Below, piece by piece: positions 18,649-28,300 of a stretch of 64,000 nt of DNA. Position 1 is the first letter of the stretch; each line of letters opens with the position of its first letter. The notes below the pieces were generated by a model. The model was not told where the DNA came from and did no database searches. It saw only the letters and a program-made list of their open reading frames with translations. Position numbers and translations under genes: made by a program. The stretch comes from Candidatus Bathyarchaeia archaeon (GTDB lineage Archaea > Thermoproteota > Bathyarchaeia > Bathyarchaeales > Bathycorpusculaceae). The stretch lies in assembly GCA_049969855.1 (NCBI GenBank), contig JBMFOB010000004.1, positions 1 to 64,000 of the forward strand, written 5' to 3'.

Positions 18649-19821
18649 GTGAGTTCCATCTTTGCGAAGAGAATGGAAACTTTAGGAACAGAAACAGCCT
18701 TTGAAGTGCTTGCAAAAGCAAAAGCCTTGGAAAAACAGGGAAAAGACATTGTGCATTTAGAAATAGGCGAACCAGATTTTGACACGCCTAAGAACATTAA
18801 AGAAGCCGCCGTGAAAGCCCTCTATGAAGGTTACACCCATTATGTTCCATCCGCTGGAATCCCAGAGCTAAGAGAAACAATTGCCGAGTACATTTCTAAA
18901 ACAAGAAGAATAAAGGTTGAACCTGAAGAGGTTGTTGTAACACCAGGCGCAAAACCAATAATGTTTTTCGCCATTCTTGCATGCGTGAATCCCGGCGAGG
19001 AGGTTTTGTATCCAAACCCAGGCTTTCCAATTTATGAATCTGTCATAAATTTTGTTGAAGCCAAACCTGTGCCTATACCGCTTTTGGAAGAAAATGATTT
19101 TAGAATGGATCATGAATATGTTAAGAAGAAGATAACAAAAAAGACTAAAATGATTATTCTGAACTCTCCGGAAAACCCAACTGGCGGCGTTTTGACTAAG
19201 GAAGACTTGAAAGTTATAGCTGATTGCATTTCAAATAGAGATGATGTGCTTGTGCTTTCCGACGAAATATATAGCAGAATAATTTATGAGGGCGAGCATG
19301 AAAGCATCGCTTCGCTTCCAGGGATGAAGGAGAAAACGATTATACTGGATGGATTTTCAAAAACCTATGCCATGACAGGTTGGAGACTTGGCTATGGCGT
19401 AATGCGAAAAGATTTAGCCCAAAAATTCGCCCAACTCATGACCAACTCCAACTCTTGCACATGCACTTTCATTCAGATGGCTGGCATTGAGGCTTTGAAA
19501 GGACCGCAAAATGAAGTAGAAAGGATGGTTTCTGAATTTAGAAAAAGAAGGGAAGTTATAGTTTCTGGTTTAAACAAGATTAAGGGAATAACATGCAAAA
19601 AACCCCGCGGAGCCTTCTATGTATTTCCCAACATAAAAGGAACTGGGATGGACTGTCGCAAACTTGGAGATTACTTGCTTAATGAAGCTGGTGTGGCTGT
19701 TTTACCAGGCACATCCTTCGGAAAATACGGTGAAGGCTATTTGCGTTTGTCCTTTGCCAATTCTATTGAGAATATTAAAAAGGCTTTGGACAGAATATCT
19801 AAGGCTCTTGAAAAACGATAA
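18649..19821 (+). CDS. Class I/II PLP aminotransferase (aspartate aminotransferase-like)
   Basis: IGEPDF, NSPENPTG, SDEIY, GFSKTYAMTGWRLGY, GAFY, YLRLS. Confidence 0.93.
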   Translation: MSSIFAKRMETLGTETAFEVLAKAKALEKQGKDIVHLEIGEPDFDTPKNIKEAAVKALYEGYTHYVPSAGIPELRETIAEYISKTRRIKVEPEEVVVTPGAKPIMFFAILACVNPGEEVLYPNPGFPIYESVINFVEAKPVPIPLLEENDFRMDHEYVKKKITKKTKMIILNSPENPTGGVLTKEDLKVIADCISNRDDVLVLSDEIYSRIIYEGEHESIASLPGMKEKTIILDGFSKTYAMTGWRLGYGVMRKDLAQKFAQLMTNSNSCTCTFIQMAGIEALKGPQNEVERMVSEFRKRREVIVSGLNKIKGITCKKPRGAFYVFPNIKGTGMDCRKLGDYLLNEAGVAVLPGTSFGKYGEGYLRLSFANSIENIKKALDRISKALEKR

Positions 19822-19826
19822 TTTCT

Positions 19827-20210
19827 TTAATCCTCTATTTTTTCTCCGGTTAAAGTTTCAACTATGTCTGAGGCTAATTGAACTAGGTTGTCTGCCCTTT
19901 TCATAGTTATTTCTCCGTTCACCTCTCCCATTTGGGCGAGTTGCTGCATCATTTCTTCGATTTGCACTAAAAATTTTAATAGGGGGTCGCTTATTGATTG
20001 GGGTTTTTCTGCGGCTTCTCTTATGGCAATTTCTACGAATGCTGGTTCTCCAAGGCTATAATAAATAGCGTTTCGAGCTTTTCTGACGGCTTCTAAAATT
20101 AGGGTTGGAGCCATGTAGGGCAATTTTCTTGCCGCTTCAAGCTCTGCCTTAGCCTCTCGCAAGTATCGATGCGCCCATCCTCTTCTGTATTCATCCATCA
20201 TTTGCATCAT
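19827..20210 (-). CDS. Hypothetical helical protein, HEPN-like
   Basis: All-alpha; W..RYLREAKAELEAAR..EAVRKA resembles a HEPN N-terminus; SD GGAG upstream. Confidence 0.5.
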   Translation of the reverse strand: MMQMMDEYRRGWAHRYLREAKAELEAARKLPYMAPTLILEAVRKARNAIYYSLGEPAFVEIAIREAAEKPQSISDPLLKFLVQIEEMMQQLAQMGEVNGEITMKRADNLVQLASDIVETLTGEKIED

Positions 20211-20253
20211 TTCTCCTTGTGTTTCTTAAAAGGATTGAAAGTGTTTTATAAGG

Positions 20254-20475
20254 TTACTCTTCTTCTGAAGTTTCGTTTGAGGAAGCTGCTGGGGTTCCAG
20301 CGAAAGCGTGGGTTATGTATCCTGCAATCTGATTTCTCACTTTTGTAGTTGCCCCTTTTGTCAACATATCAACCATACGTTTGTTGTTTTCAAAATTGTT
20401 AGAAAATTTGTCAGGAAACCGTCGAATAAGTTCCTTGGCTAATCGTTTAATCTGTTCTGTTCGCACATTTCCCAA
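20254..20475 (-). CDS. rps17e: 30S ribosomal protein S17e
   Basis: MGNVRTEQIKR.AKEL, F..NK, RNQIAGYIT. Confidence 0.96.
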   Translation of the reverse strand: MGNVRTEQIKRLAKELIRRFPDKFSNNFENNKRMVDMLTKGATTKVRNQIAGYITHAFAGTPAASSNETSEEE

Positions 20476-20860
20476 CTTTTAGTTTCCCCCAAGCTCACCA
20501 TTATCCTCGCATGTAAGCATGCACTGAAGTAAACCTTCATTAAAGAAAGGGACAATTTAACCTTTCTCAACCTAACTCGGAAATGGGGTGATTCAACCAC
20601 TCCAATTATTTATGCAAGCTTATTTTATATCGAAACTGGATAGATGTCCGCATCAGAAAGACTGATTTATTAAGATATACGATAATGTTTCTGGGAGAGT
20701 CCATGAATTTAAAAATGAATGTTAAACTATGGGAAAAACCCGTTCACGAAACGGTCGAGTTGCTTAAAGCACAATCATTATGGATTTCAATTTTATTTTA
20801 TCGTAAATTTGCTTAGTCTATTTGTCTTCGAATGCTTCAGCACATAATTGAGAAGTTCAT

Positions 20861-21640
20861 TCAGTTTAACTTTACTTTGAAAAAATCTTCAAAGTTTTTT
20901 ATTATTTGCTCAGCAACAATCGCCACTTCCATATTTTTAATTTCAGCTATTGCTTCAACCACTGTTGGAATGAAAGCGGGCATTGGAATCCGACCGTTGA
21001 AAGGTTTTTTAAAATAACGCACTGGACCATCAGTTTCCGTCAACAAATTAGTTAATGGGATTTTTCTGACAACTTCGCGTATGCCATTGGAGTAAGCAGT
21101 GGGTGGGCCTTCTGTAATGTAATATCCATTCTCCACAACTTTAGTTAATAGGCTGATTGGGTTGCTGAACCAATGCAACAAGACTTTCTTAATTTTGTAG
21201 GATGGGAGCATTTCGACTATCTGCGTTGTTGTGCCACGGGAATGAATTATAACTGGCAATTCAAGTTTTTCAGCTAGATGTAGCATTTCGTTAAAAACCA
21301 TTAACTGTTTATCCCAAATCTTTGCGTACTTATAGTCTAACCCCACCTCTCCAATGGCAACAAACGCCTTGTTCCCTTTCTGTTCAGAAATCAATTTCAA
21401 AGTCTCTTGAAGTTCTTCATCAGTTAAAGCTTGCACATTCCACGGGTGAATGCCCAATGCAGCATAAACAATTCCTTGATATTTATCAGCCAACTTGAGA
21501 CTTTCGATGCTTGTTTTAAAATCCATGGAGTTTGAAACTAAAGCAACAACATTTGAGCGTTTAGCCTCAGCTATAACCTCATTGATGTGTTCTGAATATT
21601 CCTCGTCTGAGAGGTGAATGTGAGAGTCCACGAACTTCAT
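20861..21640 (-). CDS. tatD: TatD-family deoxyribonuclease
   Basis: DSHIH, GIHP, IGEVGLD, IHSR, HWF, ETDGP. Confidence 0.95.
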   Translation of the reverse strand: MKFVDSHIHLSDEEYSEHINEVIAEAKRSNVVALVSNSMDFKTSIESLKLADKYQGIVYAALGIHPWNVQALTDEELQETLKLISEQKGNKAFVAIGEVGLDYKYAKIWDKQLMVFNEMLHLAEKLELPVIIHSRGTTTQIVEMLPSYKIKKVLLHWFSNPISLLTKVVENGYYITEGPPTAYSNGIREVVRKIPLTNLLTETDGPVRYFKKPFNGRIPMPAFIPTVVEAIAEIKNMEVAIVAEQIIKNFEDFFKVKLN

Positions 21641-21762
21641 TTGGAACCCGCGGCTTTATTAGAATGTTCAAATTTCACTTTTAAAATTTCCTTTTCCTTT
21701 AGAGCAATTTTCCATGCTGCTTTGTTTTCAGAAAATAAGGAACAATAAACGTTAAATATTGA

Positions 21763-21770
21763 TTTAAATA
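21763..21770 (+). promoter_or_regulatory. TATA box of the histone gene
   Basis: TTTAAATA ending about 27 nt upstream of ATG 21797; GGAGG SD at 21785-21789. Confidence 0.55.
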
Positions 21771-21796
21771 GAAAAAGAGGCTGCGGAGGAGTGTTT

Positions 21797-22018
21797 ATGG
21801 CTGATTTAGAATTAGCTGTGGCTCCCATGCATAGAATATGCAAAAAGGCTGGAGCGGACAGAGTAAGCGAAGCAGCAGCCAAGGAACTTGCTAAAGCATT
21901 GGAAGAGATTGGCGTGAAAATCGCCAAAGAAGCCTTAGATTTTGCGATGCATGCTGGAAGAAAAACCATAAAAGCAGAAGATATTGAAATTGCTGCAAAA
22001 AAAGTTATGAGTCGATGA
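21797..22018 (+). CDS. Archaeal histone (HMf family)
   Basis: [32 protein letters not shown]. Confidence 0.97.
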   Translation: MADLELAVAPMHRICKKAGADRVSEAAAKELAKALEEIGVKIAKEALDFAMHAGRKTIKAEDIEIAAKKVMSR

Positions 22019-22065
22019 CTTCTTTTACAAGTATCTCCTTTCTTTTTCAAAGTCTAAAAATCATT

Positions 22066-22815
22066 TCATAATAGGCTTTGTGAAGAATCCCATAGAAACT
22101 GGAAGTAATCTCTTGCAAACTGTACTAAACCAATATGGTTGCTCCATATCACGAGGCTTGGTTTTTCCTCGCCTAAAAACAACATAGCTTCTTTTCCATC
22201 CACAATTATTCCGCCGCCAAACATTTTGTCTCTAACTCGCAATTCGGCTAAGCCCTTAAACTTTTTAAGGCTCTTCCATTCTTCGGTTTTTCCAGCAACC
22301 ATAAGTTTGATGTTCAAGTGGGCTTTCTGAAGGGTTTCTAAGGAAAGAGTTGTTAAAGCAAGTGTGTTTTTGGCGAATTTTGGTGCGGCTATCATTATTT
22401 CTTTCGCGGCTTTTCTTATGGTTTCCTCGAGCTTAGCCATAACTGCTTGTTGACCGTGCAATATTAGTATGTCTGGATGTTCCACAAGCTCCCTTTTCTC
22501 GTATAATGGTTGCAGTTCGCTGGCGATTGTTTGTTCCCAACTTTTGTATTTGTCTTCAAGTTTAATTTTTGCTGCCGCTAAGGCTTCGAGGGGCGGTAAT
22601 GGGTAGTATTTGTTTGGGCGGCTTTCTACAATTTTAATCCATCCCTTTTCCTTGAGAGCGTTCAGAACTTCATAGATTTTTGAGTAGGGCACTTTTGTCT
22701 TCTTGCTTATTTCCATGGCTGTCATTTGTCCGCTTTCCAGCAGAGCAAAATAGGCTTCAACCTCGTATGTGTTTAACCCCATTTCCCGTAAAATCTGTTT
22801 ACTATCCCCACTCAT
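22066..22815 (-). CDS. TrmB-family transcriptional regulator
   Basis: GL..YE..AY..LL, TA.EIS....VPYSKIYEVL..L..KGW wHTH plus PLD-like C-terminal domain; start may be 22839. Confidence 0.9.
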   Translation of the reverse strand: MSGDSKQILREMGLNTYEVEAYFALLESGQMTAMEISKKTKVPYSKIYEVLNALKEKGWIKIVESRPNKYYPLPPLEALAAAKIKLEDKYKSWEQTIASELQPLYEKRELVEHPDILILHGQQAVMAKLEETIRKAAKEIMIAAPKFAKNTLALTTLSLETLQKAHLNIKLMVAGKTEEWKSLKKFKGLAELRVRDKMFGGGIIVDGKEAMLFLGEEKPSLVIWSNHIGLVQFARDYFQFLWDSSQSLL

Positions 22816-22915
22816 TTGCAACTTGAACCCCTCAATCACCTTATGAAAAGTTTGGAAACCTTATTATATCCTTCCTTAAAATCTTCAAAACATTACTTAA
22901 AAGTGCGGTGAACAC

Positions 22916-24406
22916 ATGAAATTCATTAAAGAAACAGAAAGTTTGTGCCCAGAATGCCTAAAAGTATTAAAGGCTACAATCTTTGAAGAAGACGGCAAAG
23001 TTTACATAAAAAAGGAATGTCCACAACACGGCTTTTTCCAAGAAGTTTACTGGTCTGACTATGAACAGTATTTGCGAGCTGAAAAATTCAGATATGACGG
23101 CGATGGCTTAAACAATCCGAGAACAAAAACTGTTAACGGCTGTCCATACGACTGTGGCATATGCCCTCAACACAAGTCCCATACGGCTCTAGCAATAATT
23201 GATGTTACAAACCGATGTAACCTTAAATGTCCAGTTTGTTTTGCCAACGCTGCAGCTGCAGGATACGTTTACGAACCAACGAAAGAAGAAATTCGAGGCA
23301 TGTTGGAAAATTTGCGCAAGAATGACCCTGTACCTGCTACTGCTCTTCAGTTTTCTGGTGGCGAACCAACCGTGCGTAATGACCTTTTCGAACTTATTCG
23401 AATGGCTAAGGAGCTTGGTTTTCGCCATGTTGAAGTTAATACGAATGGGCTTCGACTTGCCCAAAGCGTTGATTATTGTAAAGGCTTGAAAGAAGCTGGA
23501 ATGAGCACAGTTTATCTGCAGTTTGACGGGTTAACTCCTGATGTTTACAAGTTTATTCGTGGAATAGACTTGCTGGACATTAAAATGAAGGCTATTGAAA
23601 ATTGTCGCAAAGCCGGAATTGACAGCATAGTTTTGGTCGTCACACTAATTAAGGGCGTAAATGACAGCCAACTTGGTGACATTATACGTTTTGCAGTGCA
23701 AAACTTCGATGTTGTCCGTTGCATAAACGTTCAACCCGTCTCCCTCTGTGGAAGGCTTCCCCAAACAGAGCGGGAGAAAATGCGCATCACAATCCCAGAT
23801 TTCATGCGGTTGGTGCAGGAACAAACGAACGGCAAAATAAAAATGTCAGACTTCTATCCGGTGCCAACAGTTGTGCCAGTTTCGAAAGCCGTTGGAGCCT
23901 TAAAAGGCAAAAGATATGTGGAGTTCACTGCGCATCCTCACTGTGGGATGGCAACATATATATTTGTTGAAAACGGCGAGATTGTACCGATAACGCATTA
24001 TGGAAACGTGGATAATTTCATTAAAACAATGCAGAAAGTATATGAGGATGCTTCAAAGGGAAACAAAAACAAGGCAAAACTGCGCTTGGTTGGAGCTTTG
24101 CGTCACATAAAATTCAGTTTCTTAAGAAAGCATGTTTGGGGCGTGCTAAAGGAGGGAAGTTACGAAGCTTTAGGAGATTTACAGAGAAAATCCATACTGC
24201 TTTCATCAATGCATTTTATGGACCCATACAACTTTGATTTAGAACGAGTCCAACGCTGCGTAATCCATTATGCAATTCCAGACGGACGCATAATTCCCTT
24301 CTGCACATTGAATTCAATTCACCGTCCAGAAATTGAGAAGAAACTTGGAATGTCAATTAAAGAGTGGCAGGAAAAGCATAAGGTTGAAATAACCCAGTAC
24401 GCCTAA
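22916..24406 (+). CDS. tes: Tetraether lipid synthase (Tes / GDGT-MAS), radical SAM enzyme
   Basis: N-terminal SLCPEC..K.CPQHG, GCPYDCGICPQH, radical-SAM CNLKCPVC, HPHCG, FMD.YNFD.ERV.RC.IHY, GRIIPFC. Confidence 0.88.
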   Translation: MKFIKETESLCPECLKVLKATIFEEDGKVYIKKECPQHGFFQEVYWSDYEQYLRAEKFRYDGDGLNNPRTKTVNGCPYDCGICPQHKSHTALAIIDVTNRCNLKCPVCFANAAAAGYVYEPTKEEIRGMLENLRKNDPVPATALQFSGGEPTVRNDLFELIRMAKELGFRHVEVNTNGLRLAQSVDYCKGLKEAGMSTVYLQFDGLTPDVYKFIRGIDLLDIKMKAIENCRKAGIDSIVLVVTLIKGVNDSQLGDIIRFAVQNFDVVRCINVQPVSLCGRLPQTEREKMRITIPDFMRLVQEQTNGKIKMSDFYPVPTVVPVSKAVGALKGKRYVEFTAHPHCGMATYIFVENGEIVPITHYGNVDNFIKTMQKVYEDASKGNKNKAKLRLVGALRHIKFSFLRKHVWGVLKEGSYEALGDLQRKSILLSSMHFMDPYNFDLERVQRCVIHYAIPDGRIIPFCTLNSIHRPEIEKKLGMSIKEWQEKHKVEITQYA

Positions 24407-24462
24407 GCTTAGAAAACCTAAAGAACTACAAGCACTCTTTCAGTTAATGGAAGCTGATTAGA

Positions 24463-24783
24463 ATGGGTGGCAAAAAGAAGCTTAGCTTAAAGCAAATGGA
24501 GCGTATGCAGCTTAAGAAGGATGAGGAAGAGAAAAAGAAAAAGGAAAAAGCAGCAGCACCTAAGGAGAAAAAGCCCTCCACAATAGTTCCGCCAGACCCA
24601 AAAAACGAAAAAATAGTGGGCGAATTAAAGAAAATGGGAGTTTTAACGCCTTACGCTGTCGCTTCCCGCTTTAATTTGCGAATAAGCGCAGCGAAAGACT
24701 TCTTGGAGCAGTTGGAGGATGAGGGCGTAGTTCAACTGGTCTCTGGAAGCCATAACATCAAAATATACAAGCCAATAGGCTAA
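24463..24783 (+). CDS. rps25e: 30S ribosomal protein S25e
   Basis: MGGKKK basic N-terminus; LTPYAVASRFNLRISAAK..L..L wHTH. Confidence 0.9.
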   Translation: MGGKKKLSLKQMERMQLKKDEEEKKKKEKAAAPKEKKPSTIVPPDPKNEKIVGELKKMGVLTPYAVASRFNLRISAAKDFLEQLEDEGVVQLVSGSHNIKIYKPIG

Positions 24784-24829
24784 ACTCCTAGTTTGTTTTC
24801 TCTTTCCACTTGATTCTTTAATTGGGTAT

Positions 24830-25330
24830 TTGGAGTTTGGAATCTTAATGGAAAAGTTTCCAGAGAGAATATACACCCATGAAGAGGTTAAAAAAGCTAA
24901 GGAGCTCATTGATAAAGGCTATAAACATCGTTTAAGAATTAAAGGAAACACTATTTTCAAGGAGAAGGCTCGCCAAGCCCTTAAACTTGTTAGAACAGCT
25001 GGCTACTATGACTTTTTAAGAACGTATATTCGCTGTATAGTGGAGATTGATGGTTTAACACAGCTTCGGGAGTCTGAAGCGTCCATTTGGGCAAATAGGT
25101 ATGCAGTTGAAAACCCTGTTGATGCTGCAAGTCTATTTGTGCAGAAAGCGCATCATATGCGAGAATATCTTGAGGGTAAACTTTACTATGGGTGTGAAGC
25201 AGAAAAACGCTCTATGGGAAAACGCATAGAATTTCTTAAAGTGTTAAAAGAGAAAACTCGAGAAGACAAGATAAAAGTGGAATGTGAGAGGCTTCTGAAA
25301 CTTTGGTATGAAAGCTCCATAGTTTATTAG
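24830..25330 (+). CDS. Conserved hypothetical protein, possibly a degenerate zincin fold
   Basis: Clean ORF with normal codon style; AASLFVQKAHH...EAE; likely start ATG 24848. Confidence 0.7.
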   Translation: MEFGILMEKFPERIYTHEEVKKAKELIDKGYKHRLRIKGNTIFKEKARQALKLVRTAGYYDFLRTYIRCIVEIDGLTQLRESEASIWANRYAVENPVDAASLFVQKAHHMREYLEGKLYYGCEAEKRSMGKRIEFLKVLKEKTREDKIKVECERLLKLWYESSIVY

Positions 25331-25390
25331 CTGTCGGCTTGAAAATTTTTGTTTAAATGAGTAGCTTTTTAAGTTAGTTAAACTAAAAAG

Positions 25391-28300
25391 TTGTTAAAAT
25401 TTAAGGGGAATTTTTTGTCCTCTCGTGAATCTCTACAAAGCGGTAGATACGTTACTCTCAAAAAATTAGGAGAAGGCGGGAAAGGCATCGTATATAAGGC
25501 TAGAGACACTGCTTTGAACCGTATTGTTGCAATTAAGATGCTTAAAAGTGCAGTTTTAACTGAAGAGGCCTATTCCCGTTTTATGCGGGAAGCGCAGGCG
25601 GTAGCGAAACTTAATCATCCAAATATTGTTTCAATACATGACATCGGCAAAGAAGATGGAAAACAATTTTTTGTCCTCGAGTTTGTTGATGGAATGAGTC
25701 TACGCGAGCTTATGGGAACATATCCAGAAGGCAAATGCGACATAAAAACTGTCCTAAGAATAGGCATAGATGTTTGCTCTGCGCTTCAGTATGCGCATTC
25801 TCAAAACATTCTCCATCGAGACATTAAACCTGAAAACATCATGATCACACAGGAAGGCAATGTGAAACTGATGGATTTCGGTTTGGCAAAAATGCTGGGG
25901 CAGCCTAGGATAACGCAAGAAGGAGTAATAGTGGGCACAGTTGCCTATGTTGCGCCTGAAGTAGCATTAGGAAAAGGTGCTGACGCAAGATCTGACCTTT
26001 ACTCCCTTGGTGCAGTACTTTATGAAGCTGTCACTGGAAGACCACCTTTCATAGGCGAAGACTCCGTAAAAATTATCTTCAGTCACATTCATGACTACCC
26101 AATTTCGCCGAACAAGCTGAATTCGAAGGTTCCGCAGGCTTTGGCAGAGTGTATCATGAAGCTTCTGGAAAAGGAGCCAACGAAAAGATATCAGAGTGCA
26201 GCGGATTTGCTTAATGTGCTAAGAGAAATAGCTGAAGGCTTCTTAAGGGAGGTTTATGTTCCTTCTCATAAAACAAGCGTTGTGGTTCCACCTCAACGTC
26301 CTTTTGCTATGCGAGAGACTCAGCTTATCGATAGAGTTGAAGAGATGAATTTTCTCAGAGAGACTGTTGATAGGGCAGTGCGTCGTGAAGGTGGCCTTGT
26401 TTTTCTTTGTGGGGAGGCTGGAATTGGAAAGACAAGGTTAACTAGGGAACTAGACGCTTATGCACGCTTGCGTGGAATGCAAGTTTTATACGGAAGGTGT
26501 CCAGCGTTGTTCAGAATGGATGGTGTGCCTCCTTATGTTCTGTGGAATGAGGTGATAAAAGATTATTTGCAAGTCTGCACTCCTGAGCAGTTGTATAAAG
26601 TGATTGGTTTCTATCCGAGCGAGGTTTGTAAGTTAGTTCCAGAAATCAGGCAGAAGCTTGGTACAATTCCTCAGTCTCTACCTATAAGTCCAGAGCAGGA
26701 GCGTGACAGACTTTTTGAAGCGGTTTCCCAGTTCATGATTAACCTTTCTAAAGAGACTCCTTTGCTGATTATTCTTGATGATTTGCAATGGACTGATCAG
26801 TCCTCGCTTTTGTTACTGCATTATTTGGCTCGGGGTGTTTACCGTGAGCCTTTGCTACTTTTGGGTGCGTACCGTGACACTGACATTGACGAACGGCATC
26901 CTTTGTCTCCTGTTTTGACAGAATTGAATAGGGAACGTTTGCTTCAATCCGCTCAATTGAAACGCATGTCTTTCAACGATGTTCAGGAGATGATTAAGCA
27001 GATTTTGGACCAAGACGATGTTCCAAGAGAGTTTTGTGAACTTGTTTATGAGAAAACGAGGGGTAATCCCTTCTTTGTTGAAGAAGTGATAAAGTCTCTC
27101 AAGGAAGAAGAGGTTATCTTTCGTGAGGAGAATCGTTGGAAAATTAAGGAAGTTTCTAAAATTGAATTTCCTAAGACTGTTAAGAGTATTATAAAGGCGA
27201 GAATAAGTCGGCTTGATGAGGACTGCCAGAATATTTTGACTTTAGCTTCTTTTGTTGGGAACGATTTCTCTTTTGAAGCAATATGTGGGGTCATCAATAT
27301 TGAAGAGAATAAATTGCTTGAGCTGATGGAGAAGTTGCTTAAAACTGGACTGGTTAAGGAGAGGGTTGTTCGCGGAGAAGATGTTTATTATTTTGCTGAT
27401 GTGATAGTGAGGGATGTTGTGCACGAGGAAGTTAGCCATTTAAGGCATAAGAAACTTCACAGTAGTGTTGGTAACGCCTTAGAGAAGGTTTACGCTAAAA
27501 AGATTGACGAACACTTTGGCGAGCTTGCATATCATTTTCTCGAAGGCAGTGACAAAGAAAAGGCACTTGATTATTTCTTGAAAGCAGGAGAAAAAGCACA
27601 GACAGTATATGCCCACAATGAAGCCTTATCTTATCTCCAACATGCGCTTGAACTGCTTAAAGAGAAGAGGGCCAGCCCAGAACAAAAGGTTCCCGTAGTT
27701 GAGAAACTCGGTGACCTTAACTATTGGATAGGAAAGCCTGATGCTGGAATGGAATACTATGGCAAAGCGTTGACTTTGTGGGATCAGCTTGAAGACAAGA
27801 AGAATATCGCAAGGCTCCATACTAGAATGGCATTGATGCTTTGGCACGGATTGGGTGACAAGGTTAAAGCTTCCGAACATCATCATATGGCTTTGGAGAT
27901 ACTTGAGAAAGAACCCGAAAGCGTGGAGTTGGCTAGCTTGTACGAAGATGTTTCACACATGCTTTGGCGAACTGGCAAATCTGATGAAGCCTTGATTTGG
28001 ACACAGAAAGCCCTTGCACTGGCAGAGAAATTAAACGCCCCCGACGTTATAGCACGTTGTTACAACAATCTAGGCGTGCTTAAACTGAAGTCTGGAGAAT
28101 TCGACAAGGCTGCAGAATACCTTAGGCAAGGATTAAAAATAGACCTTGAGAACAAACTTCTAGGTGATGCTCTCACCTTTTACAATAACCTCTGCACCCT
28201 TTACCTCTCGACAGGAGAATTTCAGAAGTTGTTCGAGACTGCCCAAGAAGGCTCCGATATGGCCAAGAAAGTTGGTGCTTTGTATCCCTTGGCTTGGCTT

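Noticed and set aside
21637-22050. 137-aa minus-strand ORF upstream of tatD
   Set aside because: Antisense to the clearly real histone gene
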